DNA of 64,000 bases, taken from NCBI GenBank assembly GCA_014360755.1, contig JACIWX010000006.1, positions 27,748-91,747 of the forward strand, written 5' to 3'. A program made the translations under genes and the position numbers. Positions 18,109 through 29,112 of this stretch are shown piece after piece (positions within the stretch are counted from its first letter, which is position 1; each line of letters opens with the position of its first letter). This DNA is from Chloroflexota bacterium. GTDB lineage: Bacteria > Chloroflexota > Anaerolineae > UBA2200. Under the pieces are notes generated by a model. It was not told the origin of the DNA. It saw only the letters and a list, made by a program, of their open reading frames with translations, and searched no databases.

Positions 18109-18128
18109 TATAATCTCGTCGAAACTGC

Positions 18129-19019
18129 ATGAAAGGGGGAGGCATGGGCCTGAGTGACATTTTTAACATTGTATGGATTCTGTTCCTGCTGTCTACGTTG
18201 ATGCCAGCGTTGACCCGGCGCGCTATCGAGGCACGGCGGCGCATGGTCATTGATGCCATTGAACGTAAGCGTGGTTCCCGCCTGATTACGCTCATCCACC
18301 GGCAAGAGACGATGAGCCTGCTGGGCATTCCCATTAGTCGCTACATTGACATTGAAGACTCAGAGCAGGTATTGCGTGCCATCCGCTTGACGGCTGATGA
18401 TGTGCCGATAGACATTGTGCTGCACACGCCTGGAGGGCTGGTGCTAGCGGCAGAGCAGATCGCCTGTGCGCTCAGCCGGCATAAAGCGAAGGTTACTGTG
18501 TTTGTGCCACACTATGCCATGTCTGGTGGCACATTGATTGCCCTCGCTGCGGATGAGATTGTGATGGACCCCAATGGCGTGCTAGGCCCAGTGGACCCTC
18601 AATTGCAAATGCCGCAGGGCGGGGGCTATGTCCCGGCGGTCTCTGTGCTGGCTGCGCTCGAAGTGGATAATCCCAACCGCGATGACCAGACCCTTATCAT
18701 GGCTGATATGGCACGCAAAGCAATCCAGCAGGTGCACAATACAGTCTATACCTTGTTGCGCAACAACGGTATGGAGGAAGAAAAGGCGCAAGAGATCGCA
18801 CGGAAACTCAGCGCTGGGTGTTGGACGCACGACTATCCCATTTCCGCGGATGAGGCGCGTGAACTGGGATTGCCTGTTTCCGAGGACATGCCTAAGGAAA
18901 TCTATGCCTTAATGGACTTGTATCCGCAGGCAGGGCAAAGGCGTCCTTCCGTGGAGTTTATTCCGACACCCTATCGCCCTTCGCCAACCCGACCCGGACA
19001 GGGTGAGCCAGGCCGCTAA
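18129..19019 (+). CDS. SDH-family Clp-fold serine protease (S49-like), membrane-anchored.
   Basis: N-terminal TM helix, then ...HTPGGLVLAAEQIA...YAMSGGTLIALAADEIVMDPNGVLGPVDPQ, typical of the serine dehydrogenase proteinase family. Confidence 0.75.
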   Translation: MKGGGMGLSDIFNIVWILFLLSTLMPALTRRAIEARRRMVIDAIERKRGSRLITLIHRQETMSLLGIPISRYIDIEDSEQVLRAIRLTADDVPIDIVLHTPGGLVLAAEQIACALSRHKAKVTVFVPHYAMSGGTLIALAADEIVMDPNGVLGPVDPQLQMPQGGGYVPAVSVLAALEVDNPNRDDQTLIMADMARKAIQQVHNTVYTLLRNNGMEEEKAQEIARKLSAGCWTHDYPISADEARELGLPVSEDMPKEIYALMDLYPQAGQRRPSVEFIPTPYRPSPTRPGQGEPGR

Positions 19020-19792
19020 TGCGTATCCTGGTGATTACCCAAGGTGAATATGGCAAGCGCATGGTGCAGAATTTGCGTGCCCATGCGCCACCAGGATGGG
19101 TGATCGAAGAATGGCTAGCACCGGAGAATTTGCCTCTGGTGATGGATTATCCAGAGGAATATATCCCCGATGTATTGCCACCAGTGGATTTGATCCTTTC
19201 TTTGGGCGAGAACCCGGGTGTGGCTGAGCTCATTCCTGAGATAGCGAAACGCACCGGCGCCCGTGCTGCCATTGTCCCCATTGACCGCAAGGAATGGATG
19301 CCCAAAGGACTGGCACGGCAGTTAGGGCATTGGCTGGAGGACATTGGTGTGACAGCCGTTTTCCCCAAGCCGCTCTGTTCACTAACCGAGACACATTACA
19401 ATGTAGGGCGACACCGTGTGGAATACCATCATGACCTCGTTGCAGAATTCGCCCGTTTCTTTGGCCGTCCTCGCTTTATCCTCACCGTAGATCCATCCAG
19501 CAAGGCTATTGTCGAAGCAAAGGTAGAACGCGATGCGGTGTGTGGCTGCGCACGCCATGTTGCGGCGGGATTGGTTGGAGTGAACGTAGATGAAGCTGAA
19601 TTCCAGGCTGGCATGCTCCATCACCATTATCCCTGTTTAGCGGCGATGGGCATTGATGAGGATTTCGCCGATACCCTGATGCATGTTTCAGGCAATATCG
19701 CGAAAGAGGAAGTGAAAGCACAAATCAAGCCGTATCTTACCATCCAGTACTTTGTGCCACATGGCCGTGTGGAGGAGGGAAGTGATGAGTGA
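19019..19792 (+). CDS. Uncharacterised Cys-rich protein that abuts the upstream protease gene (1-nt TAATG junction), possibly DUF166/COG1810-like.
   Basis: 257-aa ORF starting at a TAATG overlap with the protease stop. It contains CGCARH and HHHYPC motifs. The family assignment is from memory only. Confidence 0.55.
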   Translation: MRILVITQGEYGKRMVQNLRAHAPPGWVIEEWLAPENLPLVMDYPEEYIPDVLPPVDLILSLGENPGVAELIPEIAKRTGARAAIVPIDRKEWMPKGLARQLGHWLEDIGVTAVFPKPLCSLTETHYNVGRHRVEYHHDLVAEFARFFGRPRFILTVDPSSKAIVEAKVERDAVCGCARHVAAGLVGVNVDEAEFQAGMLHHHYPCLAAMGIDEDFADTLMHVSGNIAKEEVKAQIKPYLTIQYFVPHGRVEEGSDE

Positions 19793-19806
19793 TGAGTGAT
19801 GAGTGG
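19781..19806. repeat. Heptanucleotide microsatellite (AGTGATG) of about 3.5 copies at the junction of two convergent gene ends.
   Basis: agtgatgagtgatgagtgatgagtgg. It supplies TGA stops in all three plus-strand frames for the upstream gene and abuts the TAA stop of the minus-strand DedA-like gene. Confidence 0.6.
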
Positions 19807-19807
19807 G

Positions 19808-20488
19808 TTATTTGCTGCCCGTGAGTTTCCAAGCCCATGCTTGGAGTTGATCGCCGTAGAGCAAAAACAATGCCGCGAGGAGGGCAGAGGCGGCGATCAG
19901 CAATGCCCACTGTGTGGTTGTAAAGTTCATGGCGTTGGCTCCCACCCAGCAGGAAACAAAAATACCTGGCAGTCGTCCTGCCATGGCGACCAGTACTAAC
20001 GCTGGGATGGGGATAGGAGACAAGCCAGCTACGAAGCAGGTTAGATCATCGGGCAAGAAGGGTATCAAGAAGACCAGCAGGAAGAAGAAAAGCCCACGGC
20101 GCTGTGCGCCATCGTCCAAGCGTTTCAAGGTAGGCGCAGGGGTCAAGCGCTCCACCAACGGACGTCCGAAAATCCGTGCGAGAAGAAAAGCGATTGCCGA
20201 TCCCAGTGTGGTGCCGGCTATACTGTACACAGTCCCCCAGACAACGCCAAAGAAGTAACCACTGACCAATCCCACTACCTGACCTGGAACAGGCGCCAGG
20301 AGCACTTGAGCCATTTGCAGGAAGACAACCGCGACGGGTTTCCATACTCCCCATTGGCTTACCCAATCGCGCAAGTGTTCTTGGTCTTGGAACAAAGCCC
20401 ATTGGTTTGGCAGGAACAAGGCGAGGAAGAGCACTGCCAGGAGGATGAACAACGCTATCCCAATGTGTATAGATGGATGGGTTTTCAT
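19808..20488 (-). CDS. DedA / TVP38-TMEM64 family membrane protein.
   Basis: 226-aa polytopic protein with ...FLPDDLTCFVAGLS... and the conserved DedA G-rich re-entrant region. Confidence 0.8.
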   Translation of the reverse strand: MKTHPSIHIGIALFILLAVLFLALFLPNQWALFQDQEHLRDWVSQWGVWKPVAVVFLQMAQVLLAPVPGQVVGLVSGYFFGVVWGTVYSIAGTTLGSAIAFLLARIFGRPLVERLTPAPTLKRLDDGAQRRGLFFFLLVFLIPFLPDDLTCFVAGLSPIPIPALVLVAMAGRLPGIFVSCWVGANAMNFTTTQWALLIAASALLAALFLLYGDQLQAWAWKLTGSK

Positions 20489-20529
20489 GTTTACCCGCTG
20501 TCCTGTGGTACGTTTAGGCTGCTGATAGC

Positions 20530-20556
20530 AATAACAAAGAAACCGGCAGATGCCGG
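20530..20556 (-). terminator. Possible intrinsic terminator of infA.
   Basis: On the minus strand: CCGGCA-tc-TGCCGG hairpin followed by TTTCTTTGTTATT. Confidence 0.35.
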
Positions 20557-20641
20557 CTTCTATGACAAACCGTATGATTCCACGGAAGATGCCAATTCCT
20601 TGCTACTTGCGATAGGAACGGGAACGTAGGGATAAATGCTA

Positions 20642-20881
20642 TTACTCTGCGGGTGTCTTGTAGCGATAGACAATGCGCCCCTTTTCCAAATCGTAGGGAG
20701 ATAGTTCCACTCGCACTCTATCGCCCAGCAAGACCTTGATGTAGTAACGGCGCATTCTGCCTGAAAGGTAGGCTAAGACTTGTTGCCCGGTATCAAGGTT
20801 GACACGGAACATGGCATTGGGCAAAGCCTCAACAACAGTGCCGTTCACCTCCAATCGCTGTCTTTTTTCTCCCTCGGTCAA
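20642..20881 (-). CDS. infA: Translation initiation factor IF-1.
   Basis: ...[64 protein letters not shown] is the canonical S1-like IF-1 sequence. The start is a TTG preceded by AAGGAGGTG at 9-nt spacing. The upstream 700 nt of the track ORF is not part of the gene. Confidence 0.85.
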   Translation of the reverse strand: MTEGEKRQRLEVNGTVVEALPNAMFRVNLDTGQQVLAYLSGRMRRYYIKVLLGDRVRVELSPYDLEKGRIVYRYKTPAE

Positions 20882-21137
20882 TGGATCACCCACCTCCTTG
20901 TATTCAATCTGTGCTGATGTGCAGTGCAGAACTACCCCGATTCTGAGCGAATCATTGCATTTGTAGGCAAAATTATAATTCGGCTCTATTCCAATGTCAA
21001 ATGCAGAGGCTCTTGTTTGAATCGCAATCCATTTGACGAAATTTGAAAGATAAATATAATGAGTTCGAAGGAGATATGAAAGAAAAGTGTGCAAATGGCC
21101 GTGTCTGGGCAGTGTGGTTTCATAAGGAGGTTTGCGG

Positions 21138-21917
21138 GTGTTAGATACGAATGAGAAGCGAAAGTTAGCCATTTTGGAAGAACTAGCTAATACGCACCGA
21201 GTCCTGGTATCAGATCTCAGCCAGAAATTTGGTGTATCAGAAGTTTCGATTCGTCGCGATTTAGAGGAGTTGGAAGCGCGGGGTTTGTTGCGCCGAGTGT
21301 GGGGCGGGGCTGTCAGTGTGCCGCAGACTATCCTCGAGTGGTCCTTCAACGAGAAGATGATGATGCACAAAGAGCAGAAAGAACGCATCGGACGCGCTGC
21401 TGCTGCACTGGTGAAAGATGGAGATGCGATCATCATGGATTCGGGGACAACCGTGGTCCATGTTGCCCGATATATATCACGCGATATCCTAACCGCGGGA
21501 CATCTGACAGTCATTACCAGTTCCTTGCCAATTGTGCGAGAACTGGGTTGTTGGAAAGGCGTGCATTTGATTTTGCTGGGTGGCATCTATTTGCCCCAGC
21601 AGGAGGTTGTCGTAGGACCGCAAGCGATTGCTAGCCTGTCAGGATTGCACGCGGACAAGATGTTCTTGGGCGCGGGTGGTTTGAGTCTGGATGTGGGGGC
21701 AACAACTGTTACCGTGCTCGATGCCGAAGTGGATCGCGCTTGTGTCAAAGCTTCGGAGCAGGTCATTGCCGTGATTGATTCCAGCAAAATCGGGCGTAAG
21801 GGATTGGCAACTGTCGTGCCCTTAACGGACATTGATATCCTCATCACCGATGATGGCGCCCCGCCCGATTTTGTCGCTCAGGCAACGGCGTTAGGAGTTG
21901 AGGTAAGGCTTGTCTGA
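21138..21917 (+). CDS. DeoR/GlpR-family transcriptional regulator.
   Basis: N-terminal HTH ([39 protein letters not shown]) and a DeoR C-terminal sugar-binding domain. Confidence 0.85.
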   Translation: MLDTNEKRKLAILEELANTHRVLVSDLSQKFGVSEVSIRRDLEELEARGLLRRVWGGAVSVPQTILEWSFNEKMMMHKEQKERIGRAAAALVKDGDAIIMDSGTTVVHVARYISRDILTAGHLTVITSSLPIVRELGCWKGVHLILLGGIYLPQQEVVVGPQAIASLSGLHADKMFLGAGGLSLDVGATTVTVLDAEVDRACVKASEQVIAVIDSSKIGRKGLATVVPLTDIDILITDDGAPPDFVAQATALGVEVRLV

Positions 21918-21950
21918 CGCCAGGATTTTAGATATAAAAATTTTGGGAGA

Positions 21951-24044
21951 GTGAGGAGCATGGTTAAGAGGAATACATCGAAGAAGAACCTACAAGAAAT
22001 CATGCAGGAAGAAGGTCTATGCAAGGATGACCTTCTCAACTATCTGCGGCAAATGTTAGAGATTCGCTATTTCGAGGAAACTGTGTATGAACTCTTGGGT
22101 AAAAACCTGATCAAAGGGGCTTCGCATCTCTATGCCGGCGAGGAAGCAGTTGCCGTAGGCGCGATTTCCGCCCTGCGCGATGATGACTTGATTACCAGCA
22201 CACATCGTGGACATGGGCATTGTCATGCGCGAGGAGATAGCCTCGCCAAGACACCACAGGAGAAGCAAGAGCACCTGAACAAAATGATGGCGGAATTGTG
22301 CGGGCGTGCCACGGGGTATTGCAAGGGGCGCGGTGGTTCCATGCACATTGCAGATGTCGAGCGGGGCAATCTGGGCGCCACCGGCATTGTAGGTGGTAAT
22401 ATCCCTGTTGCCACAGGCGCAGCTCTGGCGGTGAAGATGCAAAATCAGGATCGGGTGGTGCTTTGTTTCTTCGGCGATGGCGCCTCGAACACGGGCAATT
22501 TCCACGAATCGCTGAACCTGGCTTCTGTTTGGAATTTGCCCGTAGTGTACATCGTGGAGAATAACCTGTATGGCATGTCCGTGCCCTTCGCCAAAGCCTC
22601 CAAGCTACCGGATGTAGCAGCGCGGGCTTGTGCTTATGGCATCCCGGGCGAAGTTGTAGACGGGATGGATGTGCTGGCAGTTCGCGCAGCGGTCAGGAAA
22701 GCGGTTGAACGTGCTCGGCGAGGCGAGGGTCCATCGTTGATTGAGTGCAAAACCTACCGCTGGTTTGGCCATTCGCGTTCAGATCCTTGTGTCTACCGTA
22801 CGCGTGAAGAGGAAGAACAATGGAAAAAGTGCGATCCCATCGTAGTGCTTGAGGAGCGGATGAAAGCAGAGAGCATTGCTACGGAGGAAGAGATCCTGGA
22901 CGTGGAGAGGCGGGCAGCCACTGCCATCAAGACTGCTACAGACTTTGCCCTGAACTCGCCGTTACCGCATCCATCTGAACTGTACCAGGATGTGTATGCT
23001 CCCAGCAAAACGACAGCAGCCGATATCGAAGCGGAGCGACAGTTGCGCCAAAGGGTGCGCAGCGATCCTAGTATGCGCCAGATACCGTACTGGCAGGCGA
23101 TTAACGAGGCTTTGCGCGAAGAGATGGACCGTGATCCACGTGTCTTTATCATGGGTGAGGATGTGGGTATCTATGGTGGGGCGTACGGAGTAACGCGTGG
23201 CCTGATCGAGGATTATGGTCCAGAACGTGTGCGGGATACGCCCATTTCTGAGGCGATTATTGGAGGAGCAGCGGTAGGTGCGGCGATGGCTGGCATGCGG
23301 CCGGTCGCAGAGATCATGTATGTTGATTTTACTCCGCTGGCGATGGATCAGATTGCCAACCAGGGAGCCAAGAACCGCTATATGTTTGGGGGCAAGACGA
23401 TTGTGCCGATGGTCATACGAACGGAAGGTGGGACAGGACGTTCCATTGCTGCCCACCATTCGCAGAGCTTGGAAGCGTTGTGGCTGCACTTTCCGGGCAT
23501 TTACGTCGTGATGCCGGCAACGCCTTATGATGCCAAAGGCTTGCTCAAGGCAGCCATCCGTGATGACAATCCGGTGATGTTCATTGAACATAAGATGCTG
23601 TATAAAGTGCAGGGGCCAGTTCCGGAGGGGGACTATCTCATTCCCTTGGGTGTCGCCGATGTGGTCCGTGAGGGAAGCGATGTAACGGTTGTGGCTTATT
23701 CGCGCATGCGTTATCGGGCTCTAGAGGCTGCCGATATACTCGCCAAAGAGGGCATTAGCGTTGAAGTGATTGATCCGCGTACACTGAAGCCGTTGGATTT
23801 GGAGACCATTGTTAACTCGGTGAAGAAAACGGGGCGTTTGGTGGGGGTAACTGAAGCCTACAAGACAGGGAGCTTCATCAGCGAATTGTTCACTCTGGTG
23901 AACGAGGTAGCTTTTGATTACCTGGATGCACCTATGGTGCGCGTGGCTGGTGCGGATGTCCCTATTCCGATGAGCGAGCCGCTGGAGGCAGCGGCTATCC
24001 CCAGCACAGAGCAAATTGTCGCTGCAATACGCAGCATATTGTGA
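21951..24044 (+). CDS. 2-oxo acid (pyruvate/acetoin-type) dehydrogenase E1 component with fused alpha and beta subunits, TPP-dependent.
   Basis: The alpha-subunit TPP motif (GDGASNTG..FHESLNLA..NNLYGMSVP) is followed by a beta-subunit transketolase-like domain in a single 697-aa ORF. Confidence 0.9.
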   Translation: MRSMVKRNTSKKNLQEIMQEEGLCKDDLLNYLRQMLEIRYFEETVYELLGKNLIKGASHLYAGEEAVAVGAISALRDDDLITSTHRGHGHCHARGDSLAKTPQEKQEHLNKMMAELCGRATGYCKGRGGSMHIADVERGNLGATGIVGGNIPVATGAALAVKMQNQDRVVLCFFGDGASNTGNFHESLNLASVWNLPVVYIVENNLYGMSVPFAKASKLPDVAARACAYGIPGEVVDGMDVLAVRAAVRKAVERARRGEGPSLIECKTYRWFGHSRSDPCVYRTREEEEQWKKCDPIVVLEERMKAESIATEEEILDVERRAATAIKTATDFALNSPLPHPSELYQDVYAPSKTTAADIEAERQLRQRVRSDPSMRQIPYWQAINEALREEMDRDPRVFIMGEDVGIYGGAYGVTRGLIEDYGPERVRDTPISEAIIGGAAVGAAMAGMRPVAEIMYVDFTPLAMDQIANQGAKNRYMFGGKTIVPMVIRTEGGTGRSIAAHHSQSLEALWLHFPGIYVVMPATPYDAKGLLKAAIRDDNPVMFIEHKMLYKVQGPVPEGDYLIPLGVADVVREGSDVTVVAYSRMRYRALEAADILAKEGISVEVIDPRTLKPLDLETIVNSVKKTGRLVGVTEAYKTGSFISELFTLVNEVAFDYLDAPMVRVAGADVPIPMSEPLEAAAIPSTEQIVAAIRSIL

Positions 24045-24054
24045 AAGGAGAGAC

Positions 24055-25287
24055 ATGGCAGTCGAAGTCATCTTGCCCGTTTTGGGCGAAACCATGGATG
24101 AGGGTACAATTATCAAGTGGTTTGTGGATGTAGGCCAGCCCGTCCAAAAGGGAGAGCCTCTCTATCAAATTGAAACCGATAAAGCCATATTGGATGTAGA
24201 TGCACCGGCGAGCGGAGTGTTGCGCAAAATCTTTTATCCCGCGGGGAGCAAGATCCCTGTGCTGACTGTGGTGGGGCTGATTGCTGATCCCAATGAGGAT
24301 GTCAGCGTCTACGAGCAGGGTGGCTTAGAGCCTAGTAAAACAATATCAGAAACGGTAGCGGCTGAACGGAGGCCCATGGCAGAAGGTCCTCGTAAGGGAT
24401 TGATCCCCCCGCGTGTTTTTGCTTCTCCACGAGCACGAAAATTGGCAGCAGAACACGGCATAGACCTCACGCGTTTGAAGGGCACTGGGCCTGGAGGGCG
24501 CATTGTGGAACAGGATGTGCGCGCCGCTATCGCAGCCATGGAGGCAGAGATAAAGGAACCCGCGTTGGCGCCAGCAGCAGTGGAGGCAGTGCCATCGCCA
24601 AGTGAAAGTAAGCCGTTAGCCGGGGTACGGCGCATCATTGCTGAGCGCATGAGCACTAGTGCACATACCACCGCGCCTGTGACTTTGACTACTGAGGTGG
24701 ACGCAACGAATCTGGTACAACTGCGCACTTTGTTGAAGGAGCAATTAGAACCCACCCTAGGCTTTGCTATCTCGTATACAGACATCCTTGTGGCGATTGT
24801 TGCGCGGGCTTTGCGCGAATATCCGTACATGAATGTACGCTTGGTCCAAGACGAAATCCAACAAGTGGCGCAGGTTCACATTGGGGTGGCAGTGGATACC
24901 GAGAGAGGCTTGTTAGTACCTGTGATCCGACATGCAGATCAGAAAGGGATTACAGAGATTGCGCGAACTTTGCGCGATTTGGTAGCACGGGCGCGGTCTG
25001 GGAAGAGCTTGCCAGATGACCTGAGTGGAGGCACGTTCACCATTACCAACCTGGGGATGTATGATGTTGATGCGTTCACACCGATTATCAACTTGCCAGA
25101 ATGTGCTATCCTGGGGGTAGGGCGTTTGCGTGAAGTGCCTGCGGTTTACCAGGGGCAGGTCTGTGTGCGCCAGATGATGGTGCTGAGCCTAACATTCGAT
25201 CATCGTTTGGTGGATGGTGCACCGGCAGCGCGTTTTCTGCAGCGGATAAAACAACTGGTAGAACAACCTTATCTATTATTGGCTTGA
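24055..25287 (+). CDS. Dihydrolipoamide acyltransferase E2 component.
   Basis: Lipoyl domain IETDKAILDV, a peripheral subunit-binding domain and the catalytic DHRLVDGA motif. The SD is GAAAGGAG. Confidence 0.9.
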   Translation: MAVEVILPVLGETMDEGTIIKWFVDVGQPVQKGEPLYQIETDKAILDVDAPASGVLRKIFYPAGSKIPVLTVVGLIADPNEDVSVYEQGGLEPSKTISETVAAERRPMAEGPRKGLIPPRVFASPRARKLAAEHGIDLTRLKGTGPGGRIVEQDVRAAIAAMEAEIKEPALAPAAVEAVPSPSESKPLAGVRRIIAERMSTSAHTTAPVTLTTEVDATNLVQLRTLLKEQLEPTLGFAISYTDILVAIVARALREYPYMNVRLVQDEIQQVAQVHIGVAVDTERGLLVPVIRHADQKGITEIARTLRDLVARARSGKSLPDDLSGGTFTITNLGMYDVDAFTPIINLPECAILGVGRLREVPAVYQGQVCVRQMMVLSLTFDHRLVDGAPAARFLQRIKQLVEQPYLLLA

Positions 25288-25300
25288 CAGAGGAGGGAAC

Positions 25301-26689
25301 ATGACGATTCGTTGTGACATTGCGATTGTTGGAGCTGGTCCAGGTGGATATGTAGCTGCCTTACGGGCAGCACAACTGGGAGCCAAAGTGGTGCTTGTGG
25401 AAAAGGACAAGTTGGGAGGAGTTTGCCTGAACTGGGGGTGCATCCCGACCAAGACTTTGCTGCGCACGGCAGAGGTCCTCCGTTTGACACGCGAAGCTGC
25501 TGAGTACGGGGTAATGGTGGATGGTGTCAGGTTGGATTGGGCGGCAGCGCAGAAGAGGAAAGAGGGGGTTGTCCGGCGTCTGACCGGTGGAGTCAAATTC
25601 CTTTTGGAAAGGGCTGGCGTGCAACTGCTGTTTGGAACGGCGCGTTTTGTCTCGCCAACCGCTTTGGAGGTCGTCGGAGCGAATGGCCAGGAACGGGTGG
25701 AGGCAAGGGACTATGTGATTGCTACAGGTTCACGCCCCGCTTCTCTGCCTATTCCAGGGCTCGAGGGTCCAGGTGTGTTGACTAGCGATGAGGCTTTGGC
25801 TCTGGAGGCACTACCGGAAAGCCTGCTGGTCATAGGCGCAGGGCCGATTGGGGTGGAATTCGCGACATTGTTCCGTGCTTGTGGCGTTCAGGTGACGCTG
25901 GTAGAGCTGTTGCCGCGGGTGCTACCTACACTGGACGAAGATCTGGGTGGAGAAGTAGAGCGCGCATTGAAAAAGGCAAAGGTAGCGGTATATACAGGAA
26001 GCCAAGTCTCCAAAGTGGAGAGGAGCAATGGTAAATATACCGTTACCATTCAGCAAGCGGATCAGCAGAGTGCGGTTGAGGTGGATAAGATACTCGTCGC
26101 CGTGGGACGGCGGCCGAACGTGGAAGGGCTGGGGTTGGATGTGCTTGGGGTACAGGTGGAGAAATCCGGCATTAAGGTGGATGAATTTATGCGCACCAAT
26201 GTCCCCCACATCTACGCAGTTGGTGATGTGACAGGTGGCATCTTGTTGGCGCATGTCGCCATGCATGAAGGGGTTGTGGCTGTGGAGAACGCCATGGGCT
26301 TGCAACGCGCGATGAATTATGCTGCTGTGCCCAGTTGTGTGTTTAGTTCTCCGGAAGTAGCCAGCGTGGGATTGAGTGAAGAACAGGCGCGACAACAGGG
26401 CTATGACCTTCACATAGGGAAGTTTCCCTTCCGGGGGAATGGGAAAGCGCTGGCGCAGGGCGAGTATGAAGGGTTGGTCAAGATTGTGGCGGAGAGCAAG
26501 TATGGTCAGATCCTCGGTGTGCACATCGTTGGTCCTCATGCCAGCGACCTTATTCAGGAAGGCACTCTCGCATTGACTTTGGAAGCAACATTGGATGAAA
26601 TCGAAGTTACCATCCATCCACATCCCACCTTGAGCGAAGCAGTGGCTGAGGCTGCTCTGGCAGCGAAAGGACGTGCTTTGCATAGCTAG
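25301..26689 (+). CDS. lpdA: Dihydrolipoyl dehydrogenase E3.
   Basis: GAGPGGY FAD-binding motif, the redox disulfide [13 protein letters not shown] and the C-terminal HPHPTLSE motif. Confidence 0.9.
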   Translation: MTIRCDIAIVGAGPGGYVAALRAAQLGAKVVLVEKDKLGGVCLNWGCIPTKTLLRTAEVLRLTREAAEYGVMVDGVRLDWAAAQKRKEGVVRRLTGGVKFLLERAGVQLLFGTARFVSPTALEVVGANGQERVEARDYVIATGSRPASLPIPGLEGPGVLTSDEALALEALPESLLVIGAGPIGVEFATLFRACGVQVTLVELLPRVLPTLDEDLGGEVERALKKAKVAVYTGSQVSKVERSNGKYTVTIQQADQQSAVEVDKILVAVGRRPNVEGLGLDVLGVQVEKSGIKVDEFMRTNVPHIYAVGDVTGGILLAHVAMHEGVVAVENAMGLQRAMNYAAVPSCVFSSPEVASVGLSEEQARQQGYDLHIGKFPFRGNGKALAQGEYEGLVKIVAESKYGQILGVHIVGPHASDLIQEGTLALTLEATLDEIEVTIHPHPTLSEAVAEAALAAKGRALHS

Positions 26690-26705
26690 GAGGTCTGGTT
26701 CGGCG

Positions 26706-28058
26706 ATGGCCGAGATCGTAGTGATTGGTGGAGGGTTGGCTGGTAGTGAAGCAGCATGGCAGGCGGCGCAGCGGGGCGTGCGTGTAACGCTCTATGAGAT
26801 GCGCCCTGCGGTGATGACGCCTGCACATCGCACTTCCTATCTCGCCGAGTTGGTGTGCAGCAACTCTCTTGGCTCGGATTTGCCCGATCGGGCGCCGGGT
26901 TTGCTGAAAGCGGAACTGCGCTATCTTAGGTCTTTGATCCTGGCGTGCGCGGATGAAAATGCAGTGCCTGCTGGGGGTGCTCTAGCAGTGGGGCGAGAGT
27001 CCTTTGCCCAAGCAGTTACGGCTAAGATCGAGGCACATCCCCTGATCTCTTTGCAACGTATAGAAGTGCAGCGTATTCCCAAGGAAGGGATTGTGGTTAT
27101 TGCCACAGGACCGCTTACTTCAGAGTCACTTGCTGAAGACATTGCGCGTCTGACAGGGCAAGAGTATTTATACTTCTACGATGCCATGGCTCCTATTGTT
27201 ACGCTTGAGTCCATTGACATGAGCCGGGCATTCCGGGCTTCCCGCTATGGGCGAGGCCAAGATGACTATATCAACTGCCCCATGACGCGTGAGGAATATG
27301 AGCACTTTGTGGACGAATTATTGAAGGCGGAGACAATCCCTTTGCGTGATTTCGAACGGGAGGATGAGCGTTTCTTCGAGGCATGCCTGCCGGTGGAGGT
27401 GATCGCACGGCGTGGGCGGGAGGCATTAGCCTTTGGCCCTTTGAAACCGGTGGGGTTGGTAGACCCGCGCACAGGCAAACAACCCTATGCAGTAGTGCAA
27501 TTGCGCCAAGACAATTTGGCTGGCACCTTGTACAATTTGGTTGGCTTTCAGACCAATTTGAAGTGGAGCGAGCAGAAGCGTGTCTTCTCGCTCATTCCAG
27601 GGCTGGAACATGCGGAATTTGTGCGCTATGGGCAGATGCATCGCAACACATTTATCAATGCGCCAACTTTGTTGGATGCGACGATGGAATGTCGGCGCCG
27701 GAGGGGCTTATTTTTTGCCGGGCAGATTACAGGGACTGAAGGATATATTGCCTCTACGGCCAGTGGCTATGTTGCGGGACTCAATGCTGCTCGCTTGGCT
27801 ATGGGGATGCCTTTGGTGGAATTTCCGCGTGTTACGATGCTCGGTGCACTTTGCCATTATGTGGCATCGGCAGAAGCCACAGGATTCCAGCCGATGAAGC
27901 CAAATTTTGGGCTGATGCCACCTTTGGATGACAGGCAGAAGGGCAAGCGGCGGCGGTACCAAGCATATGCGGAGAGAGCGCTGGCGGCTCTGCGGGATTT
28001 CGTCGCAGAGCATGGCATCCTTCCCGCATCCCTACATGAAGGGCAAGTGCCAGAGTAG
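26706..28058 (+). CDS. trmFO: Methylenetetrahydrofolate--tRNA-(uracil54-C5)-methyltransferase TrmFO.
   Basis: [29 protein letters not shown]...SNSLGS is the characteristic TrmFO/Gid N-terminus. Confidence 0.9.
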   Translation: MAEIVVIGGGLAGSEAAWQAAQRGVRVTLYEMRPAVMTPAHRTSYLAELVCSNSLGSDLPDRAPGLLKAELRYLRSLILACADENAVPAGGALAVGRESFAQAVTAKIEAHPLISLQRIEVQRIPKEGIVVIATGPLTSESLAEDIARLTGQEYLYFYDAMAPIVTLESIDMSRAFRASRYGRGQDDYINCPMTREEYEHFVDELLKAETIPLRDFEREDERFFEACLPVEVIARRGREALAFGPLKPVGLVDPRTGKQPYAVVQLRQDNLAGTLYNLVGFQTNLKWSEQKRVFSLIPGLEHAEFVRYGQMHRNTFINAPTLLDATMECRRRRGLFFAGQITGTEGYIASTASGYVAGLNAARLAMGMPLVEFPRVTMLGALCHYVASAEATGFQPMKPNFGLMPPLDDRQKGKRRRYQAYAERALAALRDFVAEHGILPASLHEGQVPE

Positions 28059-28211
28059 CATCCAAAAAGGTGGGGTAGGGGAGGGCAGAAAGATCAAGCA
28101 TGGCAAGGGCCATGACCGTTCTGGGTTTTCAAGGAGGGCGCACAAGTGTTTTCGTGTAGCCAAAACAACTTGGCGTACAGCACCAGGGCGAATTTTCTTT
28201 CCGGAAGGATG

Positions 28212-29102
28212 AAATGGGCTATGCGAAGAGGCGCGTTTCCCTTTTGGAGAATGATCGGGGTTTTATTGCTGATCGTCCTTCTGCCAACGGCTTGCGTGCG
28301 CAGTGAGAAGCAGTTCGATGGGCAGAAGGCTTACCAGCATGTGCTCAATCAGTGCGCATTCGGCCCTCGTCCTGTAGGCTCTGAGGAAAGCCGCCAGACA
28401 GGCGATTACATCATCACGGAACTACAGAAATGGGGCTGGGTAACCGAGGTGCAGGAATTTACCTACCAAGGTGTTCAGGTACGCAATATCATTGGTGCAC
28501 AGGGCAGGGGACCTCTGATCATCCTCGGAGCACACTACGACACGCGGCCTATCGCTGACCGTGATCCTGTGGACATCAACCGCCCGATCCTCGGCGCCAA
28601 CGACGGAGCCAGCGGAGTGGCAGTGCTCTTGGAACTGGCACGGGTCCTGGACCTAAGCAGGGCTGGAGTGCAGGTCTGGCTTGCCTTTTTTGATGCCGAG
28701 GATTTGGGCAATATCCATGGCTGGCCATTTTCAGTGGGTGCTTCCTACATGGCACAACACCTCTCTGTGCGACCTAAGGCAGTGGTTGTCGTGGACATGG
28801 TTGGAGACAGCGAACAGGAAATCTTCTGGGAAAGGAACTCTGACGAGCCTCTGTTGAAGACACTATGGGCTATCGCAGCCGATTTGGGTTACGAATCGTA
28901 TTTCATTCCCCAGTACCGTTATGCTATCATAGATGACCACCTGCCATTCCGCCAACAGGGACTGGCAGCAGTGGACATCATTGATTTTGACTATCCCTAC
29001 TGGCACACGACGGAAGATACCCCAGACAAAGTGAGCGCGGAAAGCCTGCTGCGAGTAGGCCGTGTGCTGGAAACCTGGATCGAAGAACACCACTCACCAT
29101 AG
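28212..29102 (+). CDS. M28-family peptidase (aminopeptidase / glutaminyl-cyclase-like), lipoprotein.
   Basis: Signal peptide with an LPTAC lipobox, plus the M28 metal-binding motifs HYDTRP, GANDGASGVAV, FFDAEDLG and DMVGD. Confidence 0.8.
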   Translation, partial: KWAMRRGAFPFWRMIGVLLLIVLLPTACVRSEKQFDGQKAYQHVLNQCAFGPRPVGSEESRQTGDYIITELQKWGWVTEVQEFTYQGVQVRNIIGAQGRGPLIILGAHYDTRPIADRDPVDINRPILGANDGASGVAVLLELARVLDLSRAGVQVWLAFFDAEDLGNIHGWPFSVGASYMAQHLSVRPKAVVVVDMVGDSEQEIFWERNSDEPLLKTLWAIAADLGYESYFIPQYRYAIIDDHLPFRQQGLAAVDIIDFDYPYWHTTEDTPDKVSAESLLRVGRVLETWIEEHHSP

Positions 29103-29112
29103 GAGGAACGCT

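Noticed and set aside
19914-20258. Plus-strand 114-aa Lys-rich ORF.
   Set aside because: It lies antisense to the DedA-like membrane protein gene. The poly-basic translation is a by-product of the hydrophobic codons on the other strand.
20642-21586. Track ORF of 314 aa on the minus strand.
   Set aside because: Only the C-terminal 79 codons (20642-20881) form the IF-1 gene. That portion has its own SD (AAGGAGGTG) and a TTG start. The upstream 700 nt is AT-rich divergent promoter DNA that happens to be stop-free.
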